The notes under the pieces were generated by a model. The model was not told where the DNA came from and did not search any database. It saw only the letters and a program-made list of their open reading frames with translations. 64,000 bases of DNA from Candidatus Eiseniibacteriota bacterium (GTDB lineage Bacteria; Eisenbacteria; RBG-16-71-46; SZUA-252): contig CAVRUU010000002.1 of assembly GCA_963724515.1 (NCBI GenBank), positions 2,942-66,941 on the forward strand, given 5' to 3'. The position numbers and the translations under genes are program-made. Position 1 is the stretch's first letter; each line of letters opens with the position of its first letter. Positions 25,465 to 35,213 of this stretch are shown one piece after another.

Positions 25465-28334
25465 TTCCGCTTCAGGGCGGCGCGGGCCGCCGCGAGGCGG
25501 GCGAGCGGAACGCGGAAGGGGCTGCACGAGACGTAGTCCAAGCCCACTTCCTCGAACAGCTCGATCGAGGCCGGATCGCCGCCGTGCTCTCCGCACACAC
25601 CGACCTTGAGGCCCGGTTTGGCCTTCCGACCCGCGAACGTGGCGCGTCGGACGAGCGCGCCCACGCCCGGAACGTCGATCGAGACGAAGGGATCGCACGG
25701 GAGAATCCCGGCGCGCACGTACTCCGGGAGGAAGCGGCCGGAATCGTCGCGCGAATAGCCGAACGTCATCTGCGTGAGGTCGTTCGTCCCGAACGAGAAG
25801 AAGTCGGCTTTTGCCGCGATCTCCCCCGCGAGCACGGCGGCGCGCGGCACCTCGATCATGGTCCCGACGGTGTACGGGATGCTCACCCCGAGACGATGCG
25901 TCACCTCCGCCGCGACCGCGTCCACGACGGCGCGCTGCCGGCTCAGCTCTTCCGGGTCCCCGACGAGCGGGATCATGATCTCGGGGATGACCTTCTTTCC
26001 TTCGGCGATCACGCTCGCCGCCGCCTCGAAGATGGCCTGCGCCTGCATCCGCGTGATCTCGGGGTGGAGGATTCCCAGCCGGCAGCCGCGGAAGCCGAGC
26101 ATCGGATTGAACTCGTGCAGCTCCTCGACGCGGCTGAGCGTCGCCGTGAGCAGCTTCCGCCGCGCCTCGGACCCTGCACCCCGCTTCAGCCCCTTCAAAT
26201 CCCGCATCAGCTGATCCCGTTTCGGGAGGAACTCGTGGAGCGGCGGGTCGAGCGTGCGGATCGTTACGGGGCAATCCTCCATCGCGAGGAAGAGCCCCCG
26301 AAAATCCGCCCGCTGGAGGGGAAGGAGCTTCCTGAGCGCGCCCTCGAACGCGCGGATCGGCTCCCGCCCCACGCGCTCCGCCTCCTTCAGCTCGCTTCGA
26401 ACCTTCGGCCGCTCCGAGCGCGAGGCGTCCTTCAGCTCCGCCGTGAGCCGCTCGATCTCGAGCTTCGCCTGGCGCGCTTCCTGGGCATTCAGGATCATGG
26501 TCACGACGTGCGGGATGCGCTCCTCGGCGAAGAACATGTGCTCGGTGCGGCAGAGCCCGATCCCCTCGGCGCCGAGCTGGCGGGCGAGCAGGGCGTCGCT
26601 CGGCACGTCGGCGTTCGCGCGCACCCGGAGCCGCCGCACCTCGTCGCACCACTGCGTGAGGCGCTGGAAGCACTGGTAGAGGGGCGAGCGTTCGGGACGG
26701 AGCCTTCCCGTCAGGACGCGCACGACCTCGGAGTCGGTGGTCGCCGCGTCTCCCAGGAACACCTCCCCGGTCGAGCCGTCCAGCGAGATGAAGGATCCCT
26801 CCCGGAGGGTCCGCCCGCCGACGCGCAGCACGCGCTTCTCCTCGTCGATCGAGAGCGCCGTGCAGCCCGCGACGCAGCACTTCCCCATGCCGCGCGCCAC
26901 GACCGCCGCGTGTGAGGTCATCCCTCCGGTGGCGGTGAGGATGCCGCGCGCGGAGCTCATCCCCGCGATGTCGTCGGGAGAGGTTTCGGCGCGCACGAGG
27001 ATGACCCGCTCCGCCCGCCCGCGCCGGACCGCCTCGTCGGAGGTGAATACGATCGCTCCCGCGGCGGCTCCCGGGGACGCGGGCAACCCACGAGCCAGAA
27101 GCTGGTGTCTCTTGCGCTCGACCGGATCGAGCACCGGGTGGAGCACCTGGTCCAGGTGATCAGGCTCGACGCGCTCGATCGCCTCTTTCGTGGTGAGGAG
27201 CCCTTCCTCGACCATCTCGACCGCGATCCGGAGTGCGGCCTGCCCGGTGCGGGCGGCGCGGCGCGTCTGCAGCATGAAGAGGCGCCCCTCTTCGATCGTG
27301 AACTCGAAGTCCTGGACGTCGCGGTAGTGGCGCTCGAGCCTCGAGGTGATCTCCCTGAGGGAGGCGTACGCCTCCGGAAGCTCCCGCTCCATCTCCTCGA
27401 TGGGAAGCGGCGTGCGGATGCCGGCGACCACGTCCTCGCCCTGGGCGTTCATGAGATATTCGCCGTAGAAGCGCGGCTCGCCGGTGGCCGGGTCGCGCGT
27501 GAAGCCGACGCCGGTGGCCGACCTCGATCCGAGGTTCCCGAAGACCATCGCCTGCACCGTGACCGCCGTGCCCAGGTGTTCCGGGATTCCGTTGAGCTGC
27601 CGGTAGTGCACGGCCCGCTCCGTATGCCACGAGCGAAAGACGGCGTCTCGCGCCCGGGCGAGCTGCTCCCGCGCGTCTTGCGGGAAATCCTCGCCGATCT
27701 CGCTCCGCACGAGCAGCTTCATCCGATCGACGATCGTCCGAAGCCGTGCTTCGTCCAGATCCGTGTCGTCCTTCACTCGCGCGCGCTTCTTCGCGAGCGT
27801 CAGCTCGTTCTCCAAGATCTCCCGGGGGACACCGAGCACCACGCCGGAGAACATCTGGATGAAACGCCGGTAGCTGTCGTAGGCGAAGCGCGCGCTCCGG
27901 CTCTTCCGGGCGATCCCATCGACTGTCCGGTCGTTGAGCCCGAGGTTCAGGACCGTGTCCATCATCCCCGGCATGGAGACCGGGGCTCCGGATCGGACCG
28001 AGACGAGGAGCGGATTCGCGGGATCTCCGAGACGGCGTCCCAGGAATTTCTCGAGCCTGCCCAGGGCCTGCTCCTCCGCCTTCACGATCGAGTCGAGAAG
28101 GCGGCCCCCTGCCTCGAAGAACTCCCGGCAAGCCTCGGTCGTGATCGTATAGCCCGGAGGGACGGGAATGCCGGCGTTCACCATCTCGGCGATCCCGGCG
28201 CCCTTTCCGCCGAGAAGGTCCCGCATGCGGGCGTTGCCCTCGGCGCGCCCGTCGCCGAAGAAATAGACCCAGCGGCGCCGCTCCGCCGCGGAGGACGTCC
28301 CCGGATCGCGGACCGTGGCGGCGTCCGTGCTCAC
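25461..28334 (-). CDS. ppdK: Pyruvate, phosphate dikinase
   Basis: RWVYFFGDG...LLGGKGAGIAEM, the phospho-His region GGMTSHAAVVARGMG, and the PEP-utilising C-terminus FFSFGTNDLTQ. I chose the GTG start at 28334, which overlaps the upstream stop (GTGA); there is no in-frame ATG upstream of the conserved N-terminus. Confidence 0.95.
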   Translation of the reverse strand: MSTDAATVRDPGTSSAAERRRWVYFFGDGRAEGNARMRDLLGGKGAGIAEMVNAGIPVPPGYTITTEACREFFEAGGRLLDSIVKAEEQALGRLEKFLGRRLGDPANPLLVSVRSGAPVSMPGMMDTVLNLGLNDRTVDGIARKSRSARFAYDSYRRFIQMFSGVVLGVPREILENELTLAKKRARVKDDTDLDEARLRTIVDRMKLLVRSEIGEDFPQDAREQLARARDAVFRSWHTERAVHYRQLNGIPEHLGTAVTVQAMVFGNLGSRSATGVGFTRDPATGEPRFYGEYLMNAQGEDVVAGIRTPLPIEEMERELPEAYASLREITSRLERHYRDVQDFEFTIEEGRLFMLQTRRAARTGQAALRIAVEMVEEGLLTTKEAIERVEPDHLDQVLHPVLDPVERKRHQLLARGLPASPGAAAGAIVFTSDEAVRRGRAERVILVRAETSPDDIAGMSSARGILTATGGMTSHAAVVARGMGKCCVAGCTALSIDEEKRVLRVGGRTLREGSFISLDGSTGEVFLGDAATTDSEVVRVLTGRLRPERSPLYQCFQRLTQWCDEVRRLRVRANADVPSDALLARQLGAEGIGLCRTEHMFFAEERIPHVVTMILNAQEARQAKLEIERLTAELKDASRSERPKVRSELKEAERVGREPIRAFEGALRKLLPLQRADFRGLFLAMEDCPVTIRTLDPPLHEFLPKRDQLMRDLKGLKRGAGSEARRKLLTATLSRVEELHEFNPMLGFRGCRLGILHPEITRMQAQAIFEAAASVIAEGKKVIPEIMIPLVGDPEELSRQRAVVDAVAAEVTHRLGVSIPYTVGTMIEVPRAAVLAGEIAAKADFFSFGTNDLTQMTFGYSRDDSGRFLPEYVRAGILPCDPFVSIDVPGVGALVRRATFAGRKAKPGLKVGVCGEHGGDPASIELFEEVGLDYVSCSPFRVPLARLAAARAALKRK

Positions 28335-29392
28335 CGGCCGACCCTCTGAAGCTCGAGCGCCGGGAGAACCTCCCCCACGGGGAGCCCTGAGTAGTTTCGC
28401 AGCACGCGCTCCTCCGGCGGCTCCAGTGTCTCCTTCTCCCCGGGGCCCAGGAGCCCGAGCTGATCCAGCGCGGCCAGAACAGCGGGCCTGAGCGCGCGGC
28501 GGCTTCCGTCCGCGATCTTGACCGCGATCCCGAGGCCTCGCGTGAGGCAGGCGGTGGCGTGCATTCCCTCGGCGCCCGCCTTCGAGACGACGGCCCCCTT
28601 CAGGGTGCGCATGAGGAGCGTATCGAGCCGCCCCTCGCCCGCCACGTGCTCGGGGTGCTCGGCCATCGCGTCCCGGATCTCGACCAGCGCGGGCACCGGC
28701 CGCCCTCGCGCATCCACGCCGCGCGCGAAGAGCGCGAACGCGCGCGCGAGGGTCGAGAGCTTCATCCGGGGCGTCGGTGCGCTGCAGCCGTCGATCGCGG
28801 GCGCCGGGTCCTCGAACGGGGTCCCCACCAGCTCCTCGAACCGCTCGAAGATGCGGCGCTGAACCGCGTGTGACGGGTCGATGTAATCTTCCAGCGGCTC
28901 CCCCATGGCGCGCGCCATGAGGAGCATCCCGGCGTGCTTTCCGGAGCAGTTGTGGCGGAGCGGCGTGGGCGTCTCCCCACGCGCGCGGAGCGAACGGGCC
29001 GTCGGCTCGTCGTAGGGCTCGTGGAAGCCGCATCGGAGCATGGCTGGATCCGCGCCCGCGGCCTCGAGGATCCGGAGCACGATCGCGACCTGCGCGTCCG
29101 TTCCGCCGTGCGACCCGGCGATCAGCGCGAGCGCGTCCCTCCCGAGCCCGGAACGCGCGAAGACTCCCGACTCCACCAGCGGAAGGGCCTGAAAGGGCTT
29201 GAACGCCGAGCGGGGAAAGACCGGAACGTGCGGCTCCCCCGCCCAGGCGAGAACCCTCCCGCGGGTGTCCACGGCCGCCACGTGACCGTAATGGATGCTC
29301 TCGGCGTGCCCTCCCCGCATGAACTGCACGAGCGGGGCGGGACCGGCCGGTGCCGCCACGTCACGATCCACGAGGGTCTTGGTCTCCGCCAT
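28331..29392 (-). CDS. Asparaginase family 2 protein (L-asparaginase II-like)
   Basis: Trimmed to the ATG at 29392 (MAETKTLV...), 353 aa. Motifs typical of this family: PRSAFKPFQALP, GSHGG, NCSGKHAGML, IDGCSAP, SKAGAEG. Confidence 0.85.
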   Translation of the reverse strand: MAETKTLVDRDVAAPAGPAPLVQFMRGGHAESIHYGHVAAVDTRGRVLAWAGEPHVPVFPRSAFKPFQALPLVESGVFARSGLGRDALALIAGSHGGTDAQVAIVLRILEAAGADPAMLRCGFHEPYDEPTARSLRARGETPTPLRHNCSGKHAGMLLMARAMGEPLEDYIDPSHAVQRRIFERFEELVGTPFEDPAPAIDGCSAPTPRMKLSTLARAFALFARGVDARGRPVPALVEIRDAMAEHPEHVAGEGRLDTLLMRTLKGAVVSKAGAEGMHATACLTRGLGIAVKIADGSRRALRPAVLAALDQLGLLGPGEKETLEPPEERVLRNYSGLPVGEVLPALELQRVGR

Positions 29393-29430
29393 GTTCGAGA
29401 CGAAGCGCGCCCCGGGGGGGGCGCGCTGCC

Positions 29431-30978
29431 TCACCGATCGATCTGGGCCTTTTGCAGGCGGCCGCTGTAGTCGATGTAGACCGATTTCCACTCGGTGAAG
29501 GCGTCGATGACCGTCGGTCCGCCCTCCCGATGGCCGTTTCCGGTCTCCTTCACGCCTCCGAACGGAAGTTGCACCTCCGCTCCGATGGTCGGGCCGTTGA
29601 CGTACGTGATCCCCGCCTCGATGTCCCGGATGGCGCGCATCGCGCGATTCACGTCCGTGGTGTAGATCGAGGAGCTGAGCCCGAAGGGGGTGCCGTTCAG
29701 GACCTGGATGGCTTCCTCCAGCGAGGAAACCGTGATCACGGAGAGCACGGGTCCGAAGATCTCCTCCTGCGCGATCCGCATCTTGGGCGTGACGCCGTCG
29801 AAGATCGTGGGCCTGTAGAACGCTCCCTCCGAAAGAGCGCCGTCTGTCGCGGGCGCCCCTCCGGTCACGAGCGTGGCGCCTTCGTGCTTGCCGATCTCTA
29901 CGTAGGAGTGAACGCGGTCGCGCTGGGCCCTGTTGACCAGGGGCCCCACTTCCGCCGCGGGATCGAGGCCGTCCCCCAGCTTGAGCTTGGAGGCACGGTC
30001 GGCCAGCCTCCGCACCAGCTCGTCGTGAACCTCCCTCATCACGATGAGCCGGCTCGTCGCGGTGCAGCGCTGTCCCGTGGTTCCGAACGCGCCCCAGAGG
30101 ACGCCTTCGAGCGCCAGATCGAGGTCGGCGTCCTCCATCACGATCTGCGCGTTCTTCCCGCCCAGCTCGAGGGAGACCCGCTTCAGCGTCTTGGCGGAGC
30201 GCTCCGCGATGACCTTGCCCACGTCGGAAGACCCCGTGAAGGAGATCATCTTCACGTCCGGATGCATGACGATCGGAGTCCCGACCGCGCTACCGCCGCC
30301 GTGCACGATGTTCACGACCCCTTCGGGGACCCCGGCCTCGACCAGGATCTCGATCAGGTGGTGCGCCGAGCCCGGCGTGTCGCTCGCGGGCTTCAGGACC
30401 ACCGTGTTTCCCGCCACCAGCGCCGGGAAGGTCTTCCACGAAGGGATCGCCATCGGGAAATTCCACGGCGTGATGAGCCCGCAGACGCCGAGCGGCTGCC
30501 GAATGGACATCGCGAACTTGTCCGGCAGCTCCGAGGGCACCGTCGCGCCGAAGAGCCTCCGGCCCTCGGCGGCGATGTAATAGGCCATGTCGATCGCTTC
30601 CTGGACGTCGCCCCGGGTCTCGGCGAGGACCTTCCCCATCTCGCGGGTCATGAGACGGGCCAGCTCTTCCTTCCGGTCGCGCAGGATCTCGGCGGCGCGG
30701 AAGATGAACTCAGCGCGGCGCGGGGCCGGGACGAGCCGCCAGGAAGAGAAGGCGCGCGCGGCGGCCTTGACGGCCTCGTCGACGTCCTCGGGGCCCGAGT
30801 CGGGGAACGTGCCGACGAGATCGGAGCCGCGGGCGGGGTTCCGATTCTCGAAGGTCTTGCCCGAGCGGGACGGAAGCCACTTCCCTCCGACCAGGTTGAG
30901 ATAATCGCGATGGGATGAATCCGAGGTGCGGGACCGGCCCTGAGAAAGCGTCGCCGGGGTTGCGGTGGGGGCGCTCAT
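29431..30978 (-). CDS. NAD(P)-dependent aldehyde dehydrogenase
   Basis: 515 aa. Motifs: ITPWNFP, FTGS, the catalytic Glu in LELGGKN and the Cys in GQRCTA. A GGAGG RBS lies 5 nt before the ATG. Confidence 0.95.
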   Translation of the reverse strand: MSAPTATPATLSQGRSRTSDSSHRDYLNLVGGKWLPSRSGKTFENRNPARGSDLVGTFPDSGPEDVDEAVKAAARAFSSWRLVPAPRRAEFIFRAAEILRDRKEELARLMTREMGKVLAETRGDVQEAIDMAYYIAAEGRRLFGATVPSELPDKFAMSIRQPLGVCGLITPWNFPMAIPSWKTFPALVAGNTVVLKPASDTPGSAHHLIEILVEAGVPEGVVNIVHGGGSAVGTPIVMHPDVKMISFTGSSDVGKVIAERSAKTLKRVSLELGGKNAQIVMEDADLDLALEGVLWGAFGTTGQRCTATSRLIVMREVHDELVRRLADRASKLKLGDGLDPAAEVGPLVNRAQRDRVHSYVEIGKHEGATLVTGGAPATDGALSEGAFYRPTIFDGVTPKMRIAQEEIFGPVLSVITVSSLEEAIQVLNGTPFGLSSSIYTTDVNRAMRAIRDIEAGITYVNGPTIGAEVQLPFGGVKETGNGHREGGPTVIDAFTEWKSVYIDYSGRLQKAQIDR

Positions 30979-31015
30979 GAATTCCTCCGAGCCGCCCGAC
31001 GTGCGGAACGGCCTT

Positions 31016-31933
31016 CTAGCGAATGACGACGAAGTGTCCCTTGATGTGGCGACCTTGGGGCGATTCTACCTGATAAATGTAGATTCCCGAGACCACCTTT
31101 CGGCCGTCCGCGTTCTTCAAGTCCCACTCGAGGTCCCCGGTCACTCCGCCGGGATTGGCGTTCGGGTTCTGGACCAGGACCCGGACCAGTTCGGCGTTGG
31201 CGGTGAAGATCCTGACCGTCGAGCCGGCCGGGAGGTGGATGAAATGAACGCGGTTCTCGCCCGGAAATGGGTCCCACTCCGCGGAGCCCCGGAACGGGTT
31301 CGGCACGACGCCCACCCGCTCGAGATTGTCGGCGGGCGGCGTGGAGGGCTGGACCGTGACGATCTCGCTCGAGTCGATGGCGCTTTCCGTGAAGTCGTTA
31401 TTGGTCGCGTGAATGGTGTCGATCGAGGTCACCGCGTACATCGAGGTAAACCCCGCGAGGTTCGCCCGATCGGCGAATACCCAGCAGCTGTCGCAGTTGT
31501 CAACCGGCGCGCCGGGAGGGTAGTCGAGGAGGTATCTGCCGCCCGAGAAGTTGTTCCGGAACCCCTTGAAGAAGATCCCGGTGCCGTAGAAGACGAAGTG
31601 GCTCGGGTCGCATGGCTCCCCGGTCGAAATGCAGGCTTCGGTGACCGTGTTCCTGGACTTGTGCTGTCCGATCAGCTCGAAGGGTGTGGGGGTGATCCCC
31701 TTGATCGTGCGGCGGACCCGGTACCCGGTCCAGACGCTGTCCGTCTCCACCTGCGCACCGGTCCAGATGAGGATGACCGTGTTTCCACCCGTGAGGCGAA
31801 AGAAGGCCCGGACTGTGTTCGGGCTCCTCGGAGGCGGAATTTGGGCGCCCGCGGGAGAGGTGACCGAGAAAAGGGCGCCTGCGACCAGCAGTATTCGGAG
31901 CGCAACCGCTGAACTCTTTGCTGAGAAAGGCAT
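31016..31933 (-). CDS. Secreted protein with an FlgD-Ig/T9SS-like C-terminal domain
   Basis: Trimmed to the ATG at 31933, 305 aa, signal peptide MPFSAKSSAVALRILLVAGALFSVTSPAGAQ. CTD: VVPNPFRGSAEW...VRIFTANAELVRVL...LEWDLKNADGRKVVSGIYIYQVE. Confidence 0.8.
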   Translation of the reverse strand: MPFSAKSSAVALRILLVAGALFSVTSPAGAQIPPPRSPNTVRAFFRLTGGNTVILIWTGAQVETDSVWTGYRVRRTIKGITPTPFELIGQHKSRNTVTEACISTGEPCDPSHFVFYGTGIFFKGFRNNFSGGRYLLDYPPGAPVDNCDSCWVFADRANLAGFTSMYAVTSIDTIHATNNDFTESAIDSSEIVTVQPSTPPADNLERVGVVPNPFRGSAEWDPFPGENRVHFIHLPAGSTVRIFTANAELVRVLVQNPNANPGGVTGDLEWDLKNADGRKVVSGIYIYQVESPQGRHIKGHFVVIR

Positions 31934-32157
31934 TAACGATCCCTTCGTACGCAAGTCTGCCCCGGCGGCACGGTACCGATTCAAATTGGCTAATTGGGGG
32001 GGAAGAGCTATGTTCCAGCCCGTTGGGAAAGCCCGGCTGGGCGGACCCGGCGCCCGCCTCCCTGCCCAGGTCCCATCGCGGGCCAGACTAGGTCGGCGTA
32101 GAGCCCAGGTCAAGGCAATTTTAAACCACGCAAACGGCCGTAAGTTCCAAAAATCGC

Positions 32158-32187
32158 TTGACACTGCGGGCCTCGGTCCCGTATACT
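32158..32187 (+). promoter_or_regulatory. Near-consensus sigma70 promoter (TTGACA-18 nt-TATACT)
   Basis: TTGACA at 32158-32163 and TATACT at 32182-32187. It drives a ~165-nt, visibly AT-richer leader before the ATG at 32358. Confidence 0.55.
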
Positions 32188-32357
32188 CTATCAAGTAATT
32201 TGATGACGTTCACTCTTCCCATTGTGAGACCACACTTCAATTTAGCTCGGCCAGAATCACGATGACTAAGGAGGTGATCGGGCTCGGAGTATTGTGATCC
32301 TTATCCTCTTGAGGGTGTCTTCTCGCTTTTACCTGCGTTAGAGAGGAGATGAATGGA

Positions 32358-34325
32358 ATGAAGAGATTACTAAGCATTGTCGCGATCCTGTTCCTGGCGA
32401 CTTCGATGCTGCCAGCGAAGGGGCATGCCCTGCTCCGAGGCGCGTTCGACTTCATCAGTGGCACAGGGTCCGATCCTTTCGTCAGAGGGAAGTTCGGCCC
32501 AGTGCTCAGGGGCGGGATCGTGACCGGGACCGGAACCGCCGCGAGCCCGATAAGGGAGCGGTGGGTGACATTCGTCACGCTGAGCTCGGCCGTGGGGAGC
32601 GAGAGCGTCGGCGAGATCTACCTGCTCAGAAACCAGGACCAATCGTTCGCCAGGGGCAACCCCGCCGAGCCGTTGGAAGTGGACCTGACGGGCGCGGTTT
32701 CTTACATCGATCCGGCCTGGTCCAAAGACGGCAAGTGGCTCGCCTACGTTCAGACGGACAACAACGTCAGCGAGGCGAGCATCTACGTACAGCAGTTCGA
32801 TACCGGCACCGCGACCGGTGCTGTGCCCTTGGGAAGCCCGATCCTCATCGCCGATGGCAGCGGCGGCCTTCACCACCGGCACCCGGCGTTCAACGGCGCC
32901 GCCACGCAGATTGCATACGACTCCGACGCGAGCGGTCCCTCGATCGACCTTTGGACCGTGGGCGTCTCGCTGGACGCGACGGCGCATACGGGGACGGTCA
33001 ATGAGGCTTCGCGCGTCCGCCACCAGGTTGGGCTCGATGCCGATAACAACCTGCTCAACGCGAAGGCTGAATTCAAGCCTGCCTTCAGCCCCGACGGCAC
33101 GAAGATCGCGTACGTGACGAATCGGTTCGGATCGTTCCAGATTCAGATCGCGACCATCACGGCCGACGGCTCCGGCGAAACCAACACGGGCGCCGAAGTG
33201 AATCCCGCGCTCGTGACCCACGACAATCCGTCCTGGTCGCCCAACGGCCTCGAGCTCTACTACGACGCGCCGGCGAACGAAGACCCGGCGAATCCTCAGG
33301 ACATCTGGAGAATCACCCTCGCGACTGGACAGAAGTGCAACATCTTCATCGATCTCGCGGGTGACGTCGATCCGGACGTCTCTCAGTACACCAACGTCAC
33401 GCGTGACGGTCTGCCCTACAACTTCTTCACGTTCATCTCTCAGGCGAACGGGCTCGGAGTCCAGGTGTGGCTGGCCGAGGCCATTCAGAACTGCGTGCCG
33501 GCGTTGGCCGTGCAGGTCCAGGCCAACCCGAGTCAGATCGACATCGATCAGGGCACCGACACGGACCTGATCAAGACGACCATCTCCTTCCCGCTCTCCA
33601 TCAGGTCGCTTGGCTACGCGTGCCGGGCGTCCAACACCGGCGGTGAAGGAATCAGGACGCGGAGAACCATCATTCCCAGCCCGACGCTGATGGGACTGAG
33701 GATGCCAAGCACGCCCGACGACGATTCCGACTGCACCAGCATGGCATTCGATGCTTTTGGTGTCGCGGACTCGACGACCTGCTCCAGCATCATCCATGAC
33801 TTCGTCGGTGACGGCAGTTTTGGATGGTGGTCTTTCGTCGATGACACGACGGTCGTCACGCCGCCCACGACGAAGAACACCAAGCTGATCTTCAACTGGA
33901 ATCGGCGGACCATCCAGGCCCAAATCGTGGCTCTCGGACTGGTGAACAAGTACGTTCCCTTGACGTATCGCGCCTACACGAACACCACGGGCCGTCAGCT
34001 CCTGGGCTTCGCGTACGTCAAGCTGGCCAAGGCTAATTACCAGGCCGGCAGCATCGTGTTGGAGCAGAACTTCCCGAACCCGTTCAACCCCGTGACGAAC
34101 ATCAAGTTCGCGGTGGATAAACCGGGTAATGTCGAAGTCCGGGTCTTCAACGTGCGCGGCGAGCTGGTGCGCACCGTCGCCAACGGGTGGTACCCGCAGG
34201 GTCTGCACGCCGTCACTTGGGATGGCAAGACCAGGAGCGGTGGCCAGGCTCCCTCGGGTGTCTACTACATCCGGGCGAAGTCGATTGGTGGCAGCGACGT
34301 GATCAAGGCGGTACTCGCGAAGTAG
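32358..34325 (+). CDS. Secreted TolB-like (PD40 beta-propeller) protein with an FlgD-Ig/T9SS-like CTD
   Basis: I prefer the second ATG (32358) because the GAGGAG RBS is 9 nt upstream of it but abuts the first ATG (32349). Signal peptide [26 protein letters not shown]40-type repeats: [39 protein letters not shown]: [16 protein letters not shown]...[14 protein letters not shown]...[20 protein letters not shown]. Spot GC counts are 55-60%, against about 70% elsewhere. Confidence 0.88.
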   Translation: MKRLLSIVAILFLATSMLPAKGHALLRGAFDFISGTGSDPFVRGKFGPVLRGGIVTGTGTAASPIRERWVTFVTLSSAVGSESVGEIYLLRNQDQSFARGNPAEPLEVDLTGAVSYIDPAWSKDGKWLAYVQTDNNVSEASIYVQQFDTGTATGAVPLGSPILIADGSGGLHHRHPAFNGAATQIAYDSDASGPSIDLWTVGVSLDATAHTGTVNEASRVRHQVGLDADNNLLNAKAEFKPAFSPDGTKIAYVTNRFGSFQIQIATITADGSGETNTGAEVNPALVTHDNPSWSPNGLELYYDAPANEDPANPQDIWRITLATGQKCNIFIDLAGDVDPDVSQYTNVTRDGLPYNFFTFISQANGLGVQVWLAEAIQNCVPALAVQVQANPSQIDIDQGTDTDLIKTTISFPLSIRSLGYACRASNTGGEGIRTRRTIIPSPTLMGLRMPSTPDDDSDCTSMAFDAFGVADSTTCSSIIHDFVGDGSFGWWSFVDDTTVVTPPTTKNTKLIFNWNRRTIQAQIVALGLVNKYVPLTYRAYTNTTGRQLLGFAYVKLAKANYQAGSIVLEQNFPNPFNPVTNIKFAVDKPGNVEVRVFNVRGELVRTVANGWYPQGLHAVTWDGKTRSGGQAPSGVYYIRAKSIGGSDVIKAVLAK

Positions 34326-34350
34326 TCCATTCGCGAATCGAAGCGGCAAG

Positions 34351-34388
34351 GGCCGCGGGGCGAAAGCCTCGCGGCCTTTTGCGTTTTC
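34351..34388 (+). terminator. Rho-independent terminator
   Basis: GGCCGCGGGGC-gaaa-GCCTCGCGGCC hairpin (one G-U pair) followed by TTTTGCGTTTTC, starting 26 nt after the stop. Confidence 0.75.
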
Positions 34389-34453
34389 TCCTGGCTCGAA
34401 ATGAGCGGGGTTCCCTGGGGGCTGCGCCAATCCGAGTCGGATCGCCAAGGTCC

Positions 34454-34639
34454 GACCTGTTCGAGGCGGGCGTGGTGGATCCGACCAAGGTGACGCGGTC
34501 GGCTCTCCAGAACGCCACGTCGGCTGCTTCCTTGCTGCTCCCGACGGAAGCGCTGGTCGTCGAGATCCCCGAGAAGAGGAAGGCGGCTCCCGCGGGCCCG
34601 CACGGCGGCGGCGGTGGCGGCGGCTACGAGGACATGTAT
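34454..34639 (+). pseudogene. groEL: Orphan 3'-terminal fragment of chaperonin groEL (last ~62 codons only)
   Basis: Translates to [62 protein letters not shown]. This matches the near-invariant GroEL C-terminus (..[32 protein letters not shown]..) and its Gly-rich tail. There is no GroEL-like sequence upstream of 34454. A hairpin plus CTTTT at 34653-34685 looks like the original terminator. Confidence 0.8.
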
Positions 34640-34754
34640 TTGTTGGCGAACCCCCCGAGCGGGTCAACCCTGCGGCGGGGCTTTTCGCAGTGCGGCGTCA
34701 GGATGTTGCGCCTGCCCCGGCATGGGTGGGCGCAGCGTTAGGCTCGAGCGCCCG

Positions 34755-35213
34755 CTACCGCTTCTTCTTCAGAACGGCAATCTGCCCCGCGTGGTAGAGG
34801 TCGTGCTGGATGACGCCGTGCAGGAGCTGGTAGCGGGTCGAGTACTTTCCGGTGGGCGATGCGTCCAGCTGCTCATCCCGGACGCCGGCGGCGGTCTCGC
34901 GGAGCTTCATGTGCCCCGCGCGGAGCGCGGACAGCGCGCGTTCCCAGGCCGCCTTGGTCTTGTCCTTGACGGGGGGCCAGTTCTCCTTCGACGTGATATC
35001 CGGGCTCTCCCCGAGCAGCCGCCGCCGTACGACGTCTTCCCACGTCGTGATGTGGAGAACCAGCTCCCAGATGCTGTGAGCCCCCGGAATCGGCTTCTTG
35101 AGCGCGCGCTGGTAGGTCACGCCCGCGAGCACTTCCAGAACGGAGGGCCCGTGCCACGCCTCTCCTTCGAAAGCCTTCGTGAGCTGATCCAGGATCCGAT
35201 CGCGCTCGGACAT
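34755..35213 (-). CDS. DinB-family protein
   Basis: 152 aa. It has the DinB_2-type four-helix pattern with conserved His residues (AWHGPSVLEVL, SIWELVLHITTWEDV, LLHGVIQHDLYHAGQI). Its ATG overlaps the upstream stop by 1 nt (TGATG). Confidence 0.85.
   Translation of the reverse strand: MSERDRILDQLTKAFEGEAWHGPSVLEVLAGVTYQRALKKPIPGAHSIWELVLHITTWEDVVRRRLLGESPDITSKENWPPVKDKTKAAWERALSALRAGHMKLRETAAGVRDEQLDASPTGKYSTRYQLLHGVIQHDLYHAGQIAVLKKKR

Noticed and set aside
24724-29491. N-terminal extensions of the track ORFs 24724..26880, 25461..29033 and 28331..29491
   Set aside because: The extensions are out-of-frame shadows of the upstream neighbours. Conserved N-termini and 4-nt start/stop overlaps place the real starts at 25464, 28334 and 29392.
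34607-34627. GGC/GGT microsatellite-like run (also GCC run at 42321-42338)
   Set aside because: Both are coding glycine runs: the GroEL Gly-rich tail remnant, and VIGGGGGGADP in the 1209-aa protein. They are not independent repeat elements.
32370-34667. 765-aa minus-strand ORF
   Set aside because: It is antisense to the TolB-like CTD gene and has an Arg/Gly/Val/Asp-rich low-information sequence.
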